Below, one piece after another: positions 37,791 through 51,000 of a DNA stretch of 64,000 nt. The stretch spans positions 5,704,001 through 5,768,000 of the forward strand of contig OZ260663.1 in NCBI GenBank assembly GCA_965285935.1, read 5' to 3'. A program made the position numbers and the translations under genes. The stretch is from Ophelia neglecta. Its lineage: Eukaryota. Position 1 is the first letter of the stretch. Every line of letters begins with the position of its first letter. The notes beneath the pieces were generated by a model. The model was given only the letters and a program-made list of their open reading frames with translations, did no database searches and had not been told where the DNA came from.

Positions 37791-38774
37791 TATAAAGTAT
37801 AATACCAGTGTTAAATCCACTATTGTTGTAGTTAATTTACTCTAAATGTTAGATTTTATATGGCAGGTGTATTACATTTATGATGTCTTTTACGCTTACT
37901 GTTATTCAGGAATGCATTTGTTTACATTTTGAATATATATTGTATTTGTACCGAGGTTCGTACTGCAGCTTACATCTCTTATCGACTTTATACAATTTCC
38001 TTAATATACATGCTTACTTGCCAAATCAGCCCCTGGTAACCATTGTCATATCTGACACAGTATCTGTGGAGAAAATAAATCAGCTAGCATAGAAACAAGA
38101 CCAACTAATCCATTGCATACTAGATAGAGTCCACTTTAATGGAAGCAACGCGACTGCCTTATCCATTTAGCAGGCGAACATGCCAAGAATAAATCTTAAC
38201 TTTTGATATCAACAGTCTTGCGAATATAGATATGGGAATGTCTACGATCTCTACTGATAAAAAGCAATTCACAGATGACTGCTTTCTAAGAAGTGTGATA
38301 TTATTGACGTCGTAGCCCTTGTGCGTTTGCTTCCTACTATTATATACATGCCAATGCAGTACACTACCTGCCTCACGATGATTACATCTCTACCACTTTG
38401 AGGATGAGCACCAAGTCGTGATACAGGGCAACTGGCATTGGTAAAAAGTTAGTAAGAATATCTGCTTCCGATCATAAATTTTGTCATTTCGTGGTATGTT
38501 GCATTTTGCGCCAGAACTTGCGAAACTTGATTTGGCCTTAGGCTTTTCATACTAGCAAGCCAGGCAAACTACTTATTGATCCCATTGCTGGTAAGAACAC
38601 AGAAGAGAAGTCATCCCTGGCAGCGTTCATGACTGAGCTTTCTTGGCTTTGTTATAACTGCTGGGATCTGATGATGCAGACCCCACAGTTTGACCCGATC
38701 ATGACACTTTTGAGTATTGTAAAAGGTACTGTTTTGACATGATGGTTGTAGATGGTCTTGCGGAACGGGTAGTC

Positions 38775-38995
38775 AGAGATGGCAGCACTGTGCACAGATA
38801 GCCGGTACACACACACAGCGACAACATTATCCACGTGCAAAATGACCCCCAAGGGCGTCTTGCTGAACTGAGCAAAGCTGACTAGTGTTTCAAATATGGC
38901 AGTACTGTGAACAGATAGCCGGAACCCCGACAAACAGCGACAACAATATCCCAGTGCAAAATGGCGCCTTGCTGGACTAATGAAAGCTGACCTTA
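38775..38995. repeat. ~120-bp imperfect tandem duplication
   Basis: atggcag.actgtg.acagatagccgg...aaagctgac occurs twice here but once in the paralogous spacer (23620-23715). Confidence 0.6.
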
Positions 38996-39609
38996 ACGTC
39001 TAACATGTTCTACTGTTTCTAGACATCTGTATGACATTTTACTCTAAAATATGGACTAACATGTTTCATTTTTATGAACATATTTAATCTACTTTCCCAT
39101 CTCTGACCCAAGAAATAAAATATATCATGACTGACGATGATGTATGCTTTCCGCAACATTCCATAATTTAGCTTCAGGTTGGAGTTCTATGGCACACAAA
39201 ACTAACTGAAGTAGATGCTGTGGTGACGAGGACGGAGGACCAACACGGTCTATTTATCTAACTTGGTGCTTCGTTCTCCTCTATTTACCTCGACCTGTTA
39301 GCGCTCGGGTTTTAACTTTACCTATTAGTACCCTTGCCTTTACTTGACATTTCTGGTCAGCTTTATTATATAACAGGTAAAGTTCCAATATGACTTGGAA
39401 AACCTAAAACAAATACTAGTTAAAACAGTACAACAGGCAATAACATCTAAATTTTATTTGACATATTTTTGCACAACACAGACATTTGTTTGATAAATGA
39501 ACAGTTATACTTATTATTACACAACGCTGGCAATTTATTTGCACCAAGATCAATTAATATCTAATAAACAGATAACTGCTCTTTTACTTAAGATGTACAA
39601 AGGTATTAG

Positions 39610-39683
39610 TCATATTTCTTCATATTCACCACCATTACCGTGCGGTCTCAGGCCTTCATAGGGATTGACCTTGTTGAAGTTTT
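39610..39683 (-). CDS. Gene C last exon, ENFNKVNPYEGLRPHGNGGEYEEI*
   Basis: 74 nt; ITAM spacing. Confidence 0.85.
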
Positions 39684-42600
39684 CTGGAAAAGTTGCCTCA
39701 GAACTTGATCATTTGTGATAGTATCAATGGATTTTGAATCAGTTAAATTCACAATCAAATGCCATCTTACAGCAATTTCTTTTTCGGAAATGTATATAAG
39801 GGCTAGGAATATTTTCGAGAGTTTTAATTTAATACCGATGCTACTTTAATGTATGTAATACCTTCTGTCAGTGGGCTTGACTGATAAAGCGCATATACAT
39901 AGCTTTTTTATATCAAAATATAAAAAAGAAATTAATGATAAATACACACTATTATTCCGTTGCACTGCTCAGTATTGCTTAACTTACCGTACTCTCTCGC
40001 GGATGGTCTTCTTGGTTCATAGGGGTGAGAAACACATGGCAAGGGCCCGTCGTGTTTATTGACATTAGGCACCATTTGCGCCGGCTTGTCGTCCGTTTTA
40101 TTGGGGGTTGTCTCTAGATCGTCAAGGCGCAAGTCGTGTTTACTTTTGACACTTGATAGTGCTTGTGTTCTGCCCATACGCCTCCTACAATCGAAATGTC
40201 AAATTGTCATGACTACAAACTTCGCTCAAACTATTAAAGTATAAGCACACCAGTTAAATTTGAAATATTAAAACTGAAAAACATTAGCCGACTCATTGTC
40301 CAAGCATGTGATAATGGCATATATTTGTGATAACATTAAGTTACACATAATTACTAGTCCGAAGGTATTGTCGGCCGCCAGGGTTGCATATGTTAAGAAT
40401 ATTTTTCCGTTTAACTCTAAGGATTCTGATGAATCCGTACATCAATTACAGGGAAATAAAATTAAATGAAGAAATATATTTATATATAAAAATTTTTTTT
40501 AACCCGATAAAGAAGGCAGCGACGACAGCGATGGACAGTATCACCACTGCAGCCACCGCCCCAGCTATCAGGCCGGCTGTGGTAGGGATCACTGTAGAGA
40601 CACAGTTCGTGCTTGTGAAGGCAGTAATGGTGAATGTCGGATTGGTAGCTGTCGTTGATGTCCAAGCCCGAGGTGACCCGCTTGATTCTGAGAGTTGGCA
40701 CGATTGATTAATTAGAATTGTGAGATACACATGCGACTCTGCTTGTATACTTTAAAAAAATCTGAACTCTGATTGGTTCATTAAATATCATACTTATATA
40801 AAATGACCCAACTATTTAATGTCAAAACATCAGCGGTCATATTAGGAAGCATCTCACAGGTTTCACTATGCGTTAACAAACATTTATATGACGGTTTGGC
40901 ATCGCTCTGTTATACCTAAGGTTGTGGCACTCATTGGATATTCCCTCCCTGTGTACGACGATGGACCCAAATACATTGTTCCGTTTTCCAGTTTTCTATA
41001 AGCTGTCAGTTTAAACAAGTAATGCGTGTTTAGCTGTAGGTTGCTTACAGTCCCCTCCTGCCAGGCACTCTGTCTGTATGATACGTCTACTCCCACTGTC
41101 CACGCTGTATTATTAGTCTGGCGGTAGTATATACGATACCCCACGTATTTGACAGCCTGTCTCGGGACCATAAACCCTTCCTTCCACCGCCATGTTACAG
41201 ACTGAGACGTGATATTGGCGGCAGTTTCATCAACAACATCACTTTCTCCGAATTGCATTATGGCTATAAGGACAAATTTAACCTTAAGTACAATATTAAA
41301 TTTGTCGATAATTGGAGTAATTCCATGTCCCCATAATTGGTAGCGGATACAATTCCCGGAAACGGCTTTGAAAAGAGGTGGCCTCAATATTAAGCGAAAA
41401 ACAAAAACGAAATGATAATTCAGCCTACAAACCCAAATAATATTTCGGGCTGAACCTGAACTATTCATGTCTGAAAACATGGTCTACATACGATGCAGGA
41501 AAGCCGACAACAAGTGACATAACCAGAGACACTGTTCCGATGGTTAAAGTATGTTGCTAATCTTGTGCCGCCGCCGTTTAACTGAGGTGATGAATACATT
41601 CGTTCGCCTAACACAGGGGACAATGATACTTAACTAGACACGAATGTACTGTGAATAAAGCAGCAAGCCACCGCCCTTCCCGATCCGATCTCATTTACAT
41701 GCCAACACTTACCACTTTAATAACTCTACTAACCTGACTATAGTAGAACCTCACCCCGAAATTACTAACACTGAAGCAATAATCGTCAACAACGACACCT
41801 CGAAACGCATTACATTACCGAGCTGCTAACCTGGACTTTGTCATCTGTTAGGTTTTGTTTGTCATTTTGAATATCACATCTTCAGCAAGAGCTTCTTTAA
41901 TGATATACCAGTAATATATAACAGTTGCATTCATTATTAGCGTTGTTTACACTCACGTAGTTTCACATCACATCGATCTCCAATCCACCACTCCTCGTTA
42001 TTGTTATAAAAACAGCCCTCAGTACACACGCCTGTATCTTTCTGACAAGCCTTGTTCTTGCAGTGAGGATTGCAACAATTTTCTCCCACAAGACCTGTGG
42101 CGCAACCTGAAACTAACAACAGGCATTGGTGAACATATAACATGTATGTTGAACTATACTATGAATGGCCAAATAAATAGTGCACTAACCAGATGTGTCC
42201 GTCTTTGCCGTGAGGGCTCGATGGCTCGACTGCATGTATGACGTATGTCCGAAGTGTAATACGCCGTCCGTAGATTTCCTGTACACCTTTATGTCAAACT
42301 CGTACTCAGTATTTGGCTGTAACTGGTTGACAGTCCCCTCCTGCCATTCTCTCTCTCGGTATAAGACGTCCACACCTATTGACCACTTAGTGTCACTCCG
42401 TTGTCTATAGATTACACGGTATCCCACATAAGTAACGGCTTCCTTACGGAGGCTAACGCCCTCCTTCCACTGCCATACCACCAATTGGGACGTGACTCTT
42501 ACTGGGCTTCGATCTACGAAATCACTGGATCCGAACTGCATTTTTGCTACGAGACATAATGTGAAATATAGAGATCAATCTCACGGAAATCACCTTAATA

Positions 42601-45600
42601 TAAAGTTTGCTCTGGGTGAGAGGACATACGACTTACGAGATAGGCTGAAGTGTTCGTCTTATACAACCCCACTGCCCGACCCACACATATGAAATAACCC
42701 TCTTAAACTCCATGACCTATGGATGAGCAAGTATATGATTGTAGATCGATAACGTATGACTGTATTTGACATAGATTTATCCTATAGTTATACATTCGAA
42801 AGACCCATACACGTCACAAGTAACGAACAATTAGGCAGGATCATTCATTCATTTTTCATTCATTCATTTATTTTGCATATACGTGGTACATATAACAGAT
42901 GATTTTGTAAAAAGGATTGCATTGCCAAGGACGCCAGAGGTAGCTGATGTAGCTGTTGTTTCTGTACGCCCTGAAGTGCATGTTACAAAATTATTGCGCG
43001 AGCAAGAGATATAGGAGAGAAAAACAAAAAAAAACAAAATCAACAAAACAACATAAACACACAACTCACTGTGCACATAGACAACAAAAATTACAATATT
43101 ACAAGTGATTAAGTATACGACATGAAGTGTGGCAGATTTGGTGATTTGGTGGTAAAATGTGTACAGTAGCTTAACCATTTTTGGTTTTCTTTGAGATTTC
43201 AATAGTTCGAGAACAAGAATAGCAAGTATTCAATACAAAGTTTTTTAAGATTAGTTTTAAGGTTTGATTCTAAGCGTACATTAAATAATTTACGTGCTAA
43301 CAGACTTACTTTCCAGAGTTTATGAAGTTATGTTTTGCTTTTTAAGATTTGATCGTATTTTTCTAATGTGAATCTGGTGGTTTTGCCTTGTGTTGTATGG
43401 ATGTATTTGGTTTTTCAAAGTAATAATTTCTGTTAAGTAATAAGGGCAGCGATTTTCTGAGATTGCTATATAAAATTTTACGGCCTTACAGAGGTACAAG
43501 TCATTTAACTTTAAAATGTTATATTTTTTTTGAAATAGGATCTGTGTGGGCACTGAAACCTTTCCTATCCAAAATGCGAATAGCTTTTTCCTGGGTCACC
43601 ATGTAAAAAATCCAAAATTTTCAACAGGCAGATTAAACGAGAAACATCGGACAAGTACACGCAAGTACATGGAGTCATTTGGGCTGGCTCAAGCAATTTC
43701 GTATATGTCGTTTGTAAATTTATTTGAAAGCTTTCAAGATATTTGAAGTCTTTGTGAACACAATATATATAATATATTACTTACGTATTTTTACATTACA
43801 TTTGACCCCCACCCACCATTCCCCTTTGACGTCATATGAGCACCCCTCGGCACATGTTCCTGTCTCCTTGGTACAGACTAGGTCCTTACAATGAGGGCTG
43901 CAACAGTTCTCTCCCACCAGTCCCACGTCACATCCTATAACTAAACAAGATACCGGTAACCATATAATAGGTGATGTACATTAGATGATTGGACAAGAGT
44001 TGAAAATTCAAGGAAATAATTCTATTTGACTGAAATAAAAATGTAGCTACAGGAAACGTTGGTCTTCGCTGTAAGGGCCGAGTGACCTGAGGCTATATAA
44101 GAAGTGGGTCCAAGGTGTTTTTCTCCATTACTTGATTGCCTATACACTTGTAAGTCAAAGTCGTATTCTTTATACTGTTGTAACTGAGTGACAGTTCCTT
44201 TCTGCCATTCTGTCTGACTGTATGGTACGTCCACTCCCTGTTTCCAGGCGGTGGTACCAGATCGTCTATAGTATATACGGTAACCCACATAGGGCGTGGC
44301 CTCCTCTAAGACGTTTACCCCTTCCTTCCACCGCCATGACACAGACTGGGCCGTGATTGCGACTGGAGATCGGTCTACCTCGTCACTGGATCCGAACAGC
44401 ATTTTTGCTATGAAGAATAATTTTCGTATTAAATTGGCTGCTCCAACTTCACACTAGTAAGAATTGAAACTTGGCTTCAACTTAAGAGAAAACCGGTGTT
44501 GGAACATATGATTTAATGTATAATATTTTCAGACTCTGGGTAATGGGGCAGAAATAAAAAGGCTAAATTGCATAAACTGCATAAATTGTATTTTTTACCA
44601 ACATATCTTATGTACATTTTCAAACATTACATGAAGAAAGTGGTGTGCATTTCCTGCGAACAATTTTTATCAATGCGAAGGCAGATGTTAGAGGGAAATA
44701 ATAAACCATATTCTAATATCCTACAACATATGTAGAGCCATTGGAAATTATTCCACACATTAACAATGCCTAGTAGCAGTCTGCTTTGATTTCAAAACAG
44801 GTGGTGCAGGGGTAGTTGCTAGTTTTTTTCAGCATGGGAGGGCGGGGGGGGGGGGGGGTACCTGATAAATACACTTTTTTTTCTTCAGGAAACGATGGTG
44901 ACCAACCAGTGTGTACGGCCCGCGATGGAGAAATGTCGGGGGTGACAGTCTAAGACGTCCAAGAATAACAGAAGGCATTTTGTATTTCCTGGCATTTTCT
45001 GTTTTTATATCAAATTTACGTCCTCCATTGAACATTTTCCAGGCGTCAAACAGTTTTTAGTGAGCTGGTGTAGGGGTGGGGGCTAATGGTGGATGTGTTA
45101 TGGGTTGGGAAGGTGAGGGGGGGGGGGCGTCCAAGGAGTAGCTGTCCGTAAAAACAACAGTCAGTTTTTATGTTATTCCATTTGTCAATTTTATGTATTT
45201 ATTTGGCCTTGACTCAAGGATCTATGCACATAGTAGTGCTTTACTGCTTTTTGAAAGTCCATGATAAAAACAAGCTAGCCGCCAGATAAAACATGCTAGA
45301 AACTGAGACAAGTGGAATTTGGGCTATTTGATTGAACCACCTGCTTGAGTTTAAACATAAAAACAGAGGTATTATAAAAGAAGCTCCCATATGACTTGAT
45401 TATGGTCATCGTAGATGAAGTTGTGAATATGTCTGTAATGACTAAATAAACGTGCAGGCAGCGTACAAAAATACCTATACTACTTCTAAATGAGCCTGTG
45501 ATTGACTTTTTTGCCATTGAGTGTGGCATTGCATGATAAACCTTTCAGGGAACTGGTATATTAGAATATAGATTGTATAGATTTTGAGACTTACGTATTC

Positions 45601-48600
45601 TAACATAACATTTATCCCCAATCCACCAGTCCTCTTCGATTTCATAATCACACCCCTCGGTACAATATCTGGTCTCCTTCTTACAGGCATGGTTCTTACA
45701 GTATGGACTACAACAGTTGTCCCCCACCAGACCTGAGTCACATCCTGAAACTTTCCACAAAGTCTGGCTAAATTTAAACATACCATTCATAGGAACGTGT
45801 TAAGGTAAATGTATTACTTTTCGTAAAAAAGGGGCGAACCAAGAGCAAAATTGACCTTGATTCCAAGTTGATAAATATATCCGCTATACTTCAAGACTGA
45901 ACGCTTTCTTTAGTAGCCAAAGACCTTGGTTAATGCGTTGATGTGAATGGGTTGCATAATATCTGATTTGAAGTCCCACAAGGGTCACTTTTAGGTCCAA
46001 TTTTATTGCAGTTATACGTAAATGACATGAATGCTGCAGCAAATTGTGAATTGCTTCTTAATGCTGACGATTTAGCTTTTGTACTCGCTGTTAAGAATGT
46101 ATAGGAAGTTGAATCCGCACTCTGTCTTAATTTCTATTCTATGAGACAATAACATATTGCCAACAAACTTCCTTTGCACTTGGGTAAGACTGAGAGTATA
46201 CTGTTCTGTAGTAAACGTATAGCTTCTCAGGTCAAATCTTTGAGCATTAAAGGTAATGTTATCTCCATAAATTGTAAAACAACTTTTAGGTATTAGGAAG
46301 TATCCTGGAGCAAACTATGTGTGGAGAAGTGAAGGGGAAACAGGTAAATAAAACTGCTAGCTTCAAAATAAAATTCTCATATGGGAACTCCAGAACCTTG
46401 ATTGTAGTAAACCTGTTGGTAATGCTCTTTTTTAAGAAGCTGTCTATTTTAACAGTTTCATTTAGAAGTCAGTAAATGACGGGTGTTCTGATTTATAAAT
46501 GCTTAAATAATATGGCCTCTAAATATTTGTGTTAATTTTGGACAGTTGGAGATAATGAGAACCATTGTATTTAGAGGCAGTGTCTTCAATGTGGTATTGT
46601 CGAAGGCTTCCAGAAATGTAGGCAAAAATTCATGTATGTATCCGAGTGCTGTAACTTGGAACAATCTTCCCCGCCATGTAAAATCGGCTGGTAATGTTGA
46701 CATTTAAGCGTACAAGCTTAGATTAAGTATATTCAACTAGTAATCAACCTATAGTAGGTGTACATATTTGGTTGTCTACTCAAACACCGGGCCTTTATTA
46801 TTTGCTTCTGCAGTGACAATGAAAGCGACTTATTGACAAAAATTGCTTCTGATATTTGTTTTGCAGGTAAGTCGGTGTTTTGTCAAGATTTGCTTTATTG
46901 TAGTCTGGGCACAATCTCTGTTAAGCACACCATGACACCTAGGGTTTCAGTTTAAATGAAATTCTCTCTGACAATGATTGCAGGATTTCATAAACCTTAA
47001 CCCGTGTGAAAGTAATGACCTTTGAAATCCAGATTTGTGTTATCAAATAATCAAGGTCAAACATGCATTTGTTGAAAAGGGTGTACGAATCTTGGCGTAT
47101 TCGGATGACAAAGGTGGGTTGTACATCCTTGGCCATTAATTGAAAAACATTGGAAATTTAATGAAAATTACAAAAGGAGCCTTTACCTGATTTATTTGTC
47201 TTCGCTGTAAGTGTATTTTTTTCTGATTCTGTGTACGACTTAGGTCCGTAGACTGGCTGACCGTCTGCTGCCTTCCTATAGACCTTCAGGTCAAACTCAT
47301 ACTGAGTGTCTGCCTGCAGCTGATCCACAGTTCCCTGCTGCCATTCATTCTGTCTGTACGGTACGTCTTTGCCCATAGTCCAATTAGTGCTACCAGGTCG
47401 ACGGTAGTACATCTGATACCCGATGTGTGGTGCAGCATGTTCTGATATATTAATGCCTTCCTTCCACTGCCACGACACAGAATCTGATGTGACATCGATT
47501 GGGGTCGTGTCAACTTTGTCGCTTGGTCCGAATTGCATCATAGCTATGTAACGAACCAAATGTAACCAAATATACCATGAACTTGTCGATTTACAATCTA
47601 TGACATCACTGCATTGATTATTGAAGGATTTATATCTTTATCTCCATTTTAAATAAAATGTTAGCCAAATATAGATCTTGCAGAATTTCAATACTCACGA
47701 ATCTGCAAATCACATTTGTCCCCAATCCACCACACGCCATTGATGTCATACACACATCCAAACAGACACACTTTTGTATCCTTTGCACATTTTTCATCCT
47801 TACAGTGGGGACTACAACAGTCCTCTCCTACTAAGGGTTTCTCACATTTTGAAACTTCAGGTTGAGCTTTAAATCACAACAGAAAATAGTGCATAGCGGC
47901 TTCACCGACAAAATGATGAAACCATATGAACTCTAAAGTTCTTGCACGAAAGGGCAACTAAAATTCATAAACCATTTTTGTAAAATCATTACCATCATAA
48001 AATGAAATAATGACGGCAGTGTTACTTTAAAGTTATAAAGTCGGCCAAACGAACATATAACAGGGAAACAGGGTTCGTTTGGTCGTAGGCTGCCATGTTG
48101 GCATGGCATTAAACCGTCATGATGTACCATGAGTTAATATGGTTTTAACATCATAGGGCTTACTGCACTGATGATTCTACAACAATTCAGTTTAGCAGAT
48201 TTGTTGTGTCTATGCCTTGTGTCTATGACATTTGAAAGGGACATTTGCCTTTGACAACCATGGCAACTTAATATTAGGTATGTCACCCCTAATTATATTA
48301 GTAAAGGTCCTTATTCTATTCTAAAAAATACAATACTAAAAAAAAGCATCGGTAGCATTTGACCCGAATTTGGTATTGAAAATGTCCCCGCCGGATGGAC
48401 TTAATTTTGCACTGGGGGAAACAGGCTTGGTATAATTCATAATAAGAATTAAGGGATAAAGGGATAAACAGAACAAAAACACACAAGACTGCTAATGGTA
48501 TGCTTTAACATACAACTTACTTGAGCTCAAAATGTCAGAACCCGAATTTGGTACAATACAAGAAACTTACCCTCAACTCTGCTTCCTGAGACACGGACCT

Positions 48601-49566
48601 CACACAAGGTTGTGTCTGAAGAGTCTGTGTTTTCGAAAACGACTATTCTCCCAACTACATTACACATTATTTTAATTACATTCTCATGATAGCTGGCGGT
48701 TTTATCACTCCCACACACGTGATTCTCGTCCCAAACGCTGGAGTTTCCGATTCGAATATTAAAGTTGTATGGTTTATCTGTAAAAACAATCAGCCATTAA
48801 AGGAATACTAACATTTTGCCAGATCGAGGTCATATTATGAACCACCCCACATTAAATAGTAAATGTAATAGGAAGGTTCACTATATAGGAGTTATTGGTG
48901 TTTACATAGAACTTTACCTTGATTATTTGTATACAATATCGATACATTAGACACTCTATGCAATGCTCCTAAATCCACCATCCACCAGACACGGCCGTTT
49001 GTCGGTGTTATATAGGAGCAGTGTTCGCCACCAAGGCCCCCCTCGACCACGCCGTCCAAAGCTCTATCAGCTCCGTACTCAGAATCACCACTCTGAGTAG
49101 CCGCGGTTTTATTAAGGCTCAGTACACTACCTGCAAAATAGATTCGATACGTCATTATCTTATGTTCTATGGATGAACTAAAACCCGTTTCTATTTTGAA
49201 TGCTTGCTATAAGCCCAATAACCCCGTAATCAAAGTATCGGTACCACATGAAGGAACCGACATAACATTACACATGACACGCTGCACAAATGATAAAATT
49301 AATCAGTGACCACTGTCCTACACAAAATGTGTTTAGAGTGAAGGTTTTTAGTTTTTACTTACAAAGTGAGAACACATTTTCATCATGCCATGCAAAGGCT
49401 TAAGATGACAAGATCAGAAGCGTAGCTCCAATTCAGCTCAATCAAAAGAACGCCTTATTATGAAGGATGTTAACAACAGGAAAATGTTGACATTACCGTT
49501 TACAGAGCTAATTGAAATGTACATGCTCAGCCACATGTACACTGATGTTTGTACTGCAGCTGACAT
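39610..49566 (-). CDS. Gene C: type I receptor, SP-FTLD-(EGF-FN3)x4-TM-ITAM, ~991 aa
   Basis: Exons: 49566-49497 (or 51000-50931), 49130-48918, 48777-48571, 47854(or 47866)-47699, 47543-47187, 45744-45595, 44407-44051, 43940-43785, 42546-42190, 42106-41957, 41263-40916, 40687-40504, 40184-39988, 39683-39610; open frame. Confidence 0.85.
39988..40184 (-). CDS. Gene C cytoplasmic exon
   Basis: 197 nt. Confidence 0.85.
40504..40687 (-). CDS. Gene C stalk + TM exon
   Basis: 184 nt, 12 nt longer than in A and B. Confidence 0.85.
40916..41263 (-). CDS. Gene C FN3 exon 4
   Basis: 348 nt. Confidence 0.9.
41957..42106 (-). CDS. Gene C EGF-like exon 4
   Basis: 150 nt; alternative acceptor at 42112. 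Confidence 0.85.
42190..42546 (-). CDS. Gene C FN3 exon 3
   Basis: 357 nt. Confidence 0.9.
42841..43590 (-). mobile_element. 5'-truncated CR1-type LINE 3' end with (TGAA)n tail
   Basis: PTQILFQKKYNILKLNDLY..HPYNTRQ matches the CR1 ORF2 C-terminus; AATAAA then (TGAA)n on the minus strand at 42841-42872; absent from the gene D intron. Confidence 0.7.
43785..43940 (-). CDS. Gene C EGF-like exon 3
   Basis: 156 nt; FIGCDVGLVGENCCSPHCKDLVC... Confidence 0.85.
44051..44407 (-). CDS. Gene C FN3 exon 2
   Basis: 357 nt. Confidence 0.9.
45595..45744 (-). CDS. Gene C EGF-like exon 2
   Basis: 150 nt. Confidence 0.9.
45900..46725 (+). mobile_element. Decayed CR1-type LINE RT and 3' end
   Basis: EVPQGSLLGPILLQLYVNDM..LLNADD..NKLPLHLGKTESILF; 3' WNNLPRHVKS. 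Confidence 0.8.
47187..47543 (-). CDS. Gene C FN3 exon 1
   Basis: 357 nt. Confidence 0.9.
47699..47854 (-). CDS. Gene C EGF-like exon 1
   Basis: CEKPLVGEDCCSPHCKDEKCAKDTKVCLFGCVYDINGVWWIGDKC; weak AAG acceptor at 47854 or 47866, both in frame. Confidence 0.75.
48571..48777 (-). CDS. Gene C F-type lectin domain, C-terminal half
   Basis: 207 nt; NFNIRIGN..C..C..GRIV..TLCEVRVSG. Confidence 0.85.
48918..49130 (-). CDS. Gene C F-type lectin domain, N-terminal half
   Basis: 213 nt; ATQS..ADRALDG..CSYI..WWMVDLG. Confidence 0.85.
49497..49566 (-). CDS. Gene C proximal leader exon MSAAVQTSVYMWLSMYISISSVN(G)
   Basis: 70 nt; homologous to the A and B leaders; donor gtaatg. Confidence 0.7.
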
Positions 49567-50930
49567 CTTTCGATCGTTTTCGAATAAAGTCTTATTCCTA
49601 GTGGATGTCAATGCGTTATGGAGTGATAATAATGGCTTCCTTCTTCGTTCCCCAACCATGGATGGCGAGCCAATACTGATTCTTGTCTCAACGTTCGTAG
49701 ACAAGATATATGCCTTAAATTATTTTACCTGCAGTCTCGCGATGGTAGATGGGTGACTTTCCTTTGATTCACAGTTGAGCGCTTTCGGTGAATATATTTA
49801 AGGTTTTGAATCTGTTTTGAATCTGTAAGTTGTTTACATTTGTATATACTGCAAATTATAACTTTAGACCAGACACAGTATAAATGTAACACGGAAAGCT
49901 TCATTCAGTGTGTGCGACCAAGTGTGCTATATGGCCACTGATACAGGTGTAAAGCCGCCATTTTACTTGGTGATTTTAACTCGTATTAAGTATATGGTAA
50001 CGTATAAATGGTATAGACGACATCATGTGTATTTACGGAGACGACCCGCCTTTTATTGTGTGTGGCAGAGAACTTGTACAGTTGGAAAATAGTAACGAAT
50101 CCGTACAAACATTGACAAAGATTCGACTACAGTTAGATTATAGTTATTTGAAAGATCTTGAAGTAGAATAGAAAAAATATTTTGCTTGCTTCTCCTGTAT
50201 GTGAAGAGCCATTGCAATAAAATGAATCTGACATTACAATCATTACTTCGGCGATGGGAACTAGATAAATGACAAGATCATGTGGTTCAGAAATTACTTT
50301 CATGTTACAACGTAATGATAGAGTAATATATATCATTCCTTGTTCAGGGGGGCTAAGTCAGCCCTATCAGAGGGTGAGTTAACTAGTATCAATTGGACAT
50401 GGAACGCCCATTGCAGCACATTGTAGATTAAAATCTGCCTGAGTGCCGCTGTTTGCAAACGTGTTGTAGTGTGTCGCTCTCAGACACAACAGTCTATGAT
50501 TCCAAACAGTACGACGTTTTGTATACTCATTAAAGGGCAATATTAAACAGTTGGTAGACTAGGAGTCTAGACACATAAACCCTGACGTAGAGAGCGCAAG
50601 GTTAAATATTGTATGTATTATATTCGACAGAAAGCTATATAGACGCAATCGCTGCAGTGTGGCAGTCATAGACTATATGGCTAACATTATTTATAATGTG
50701 TCGTTTATGACAGATGACGCCAGTTCAAGTGATAGTTTGTTCATATGAATGCATAACCAATCAAGAAACAAAGTGTATGACAGGCTAGATAAATGTTCTT
50801 CAATATCAAATTCTTTACAGTTATGAAGAACTGTCAAAGTTACACCTTCATTTTGACAATAGTTAAAGGTGACTCTACTTTACAGCACACAGAACGGTTA
50901 TTTCCTTTGAAATAATGTAGAATACCTTAC

Positions 50931-51000
50931 CATGTTCGTCTCCTTTAACCAGTCGTGTTACCACCACTGCATACATCCATAGCCATATCATAAAGGTCAT
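50931..51000 (-). CDS. Second candidate leader exon MTFMIWLWMYAVVVTRLVKGDEH(G)
   Basis: 70 nt; strong phase-1 donor G|gtaagg; hydrophobic core; WLxxY...VKG similarity to the other leaders. Confidence 0.6.

Noticed and set aside
44838-44858. Poly-G/poly-C tracts (also ~7478, 28296, 51756, 52516, 52721)
   Set aside because: Simple homopolymers of uncertain length; no evidence of function
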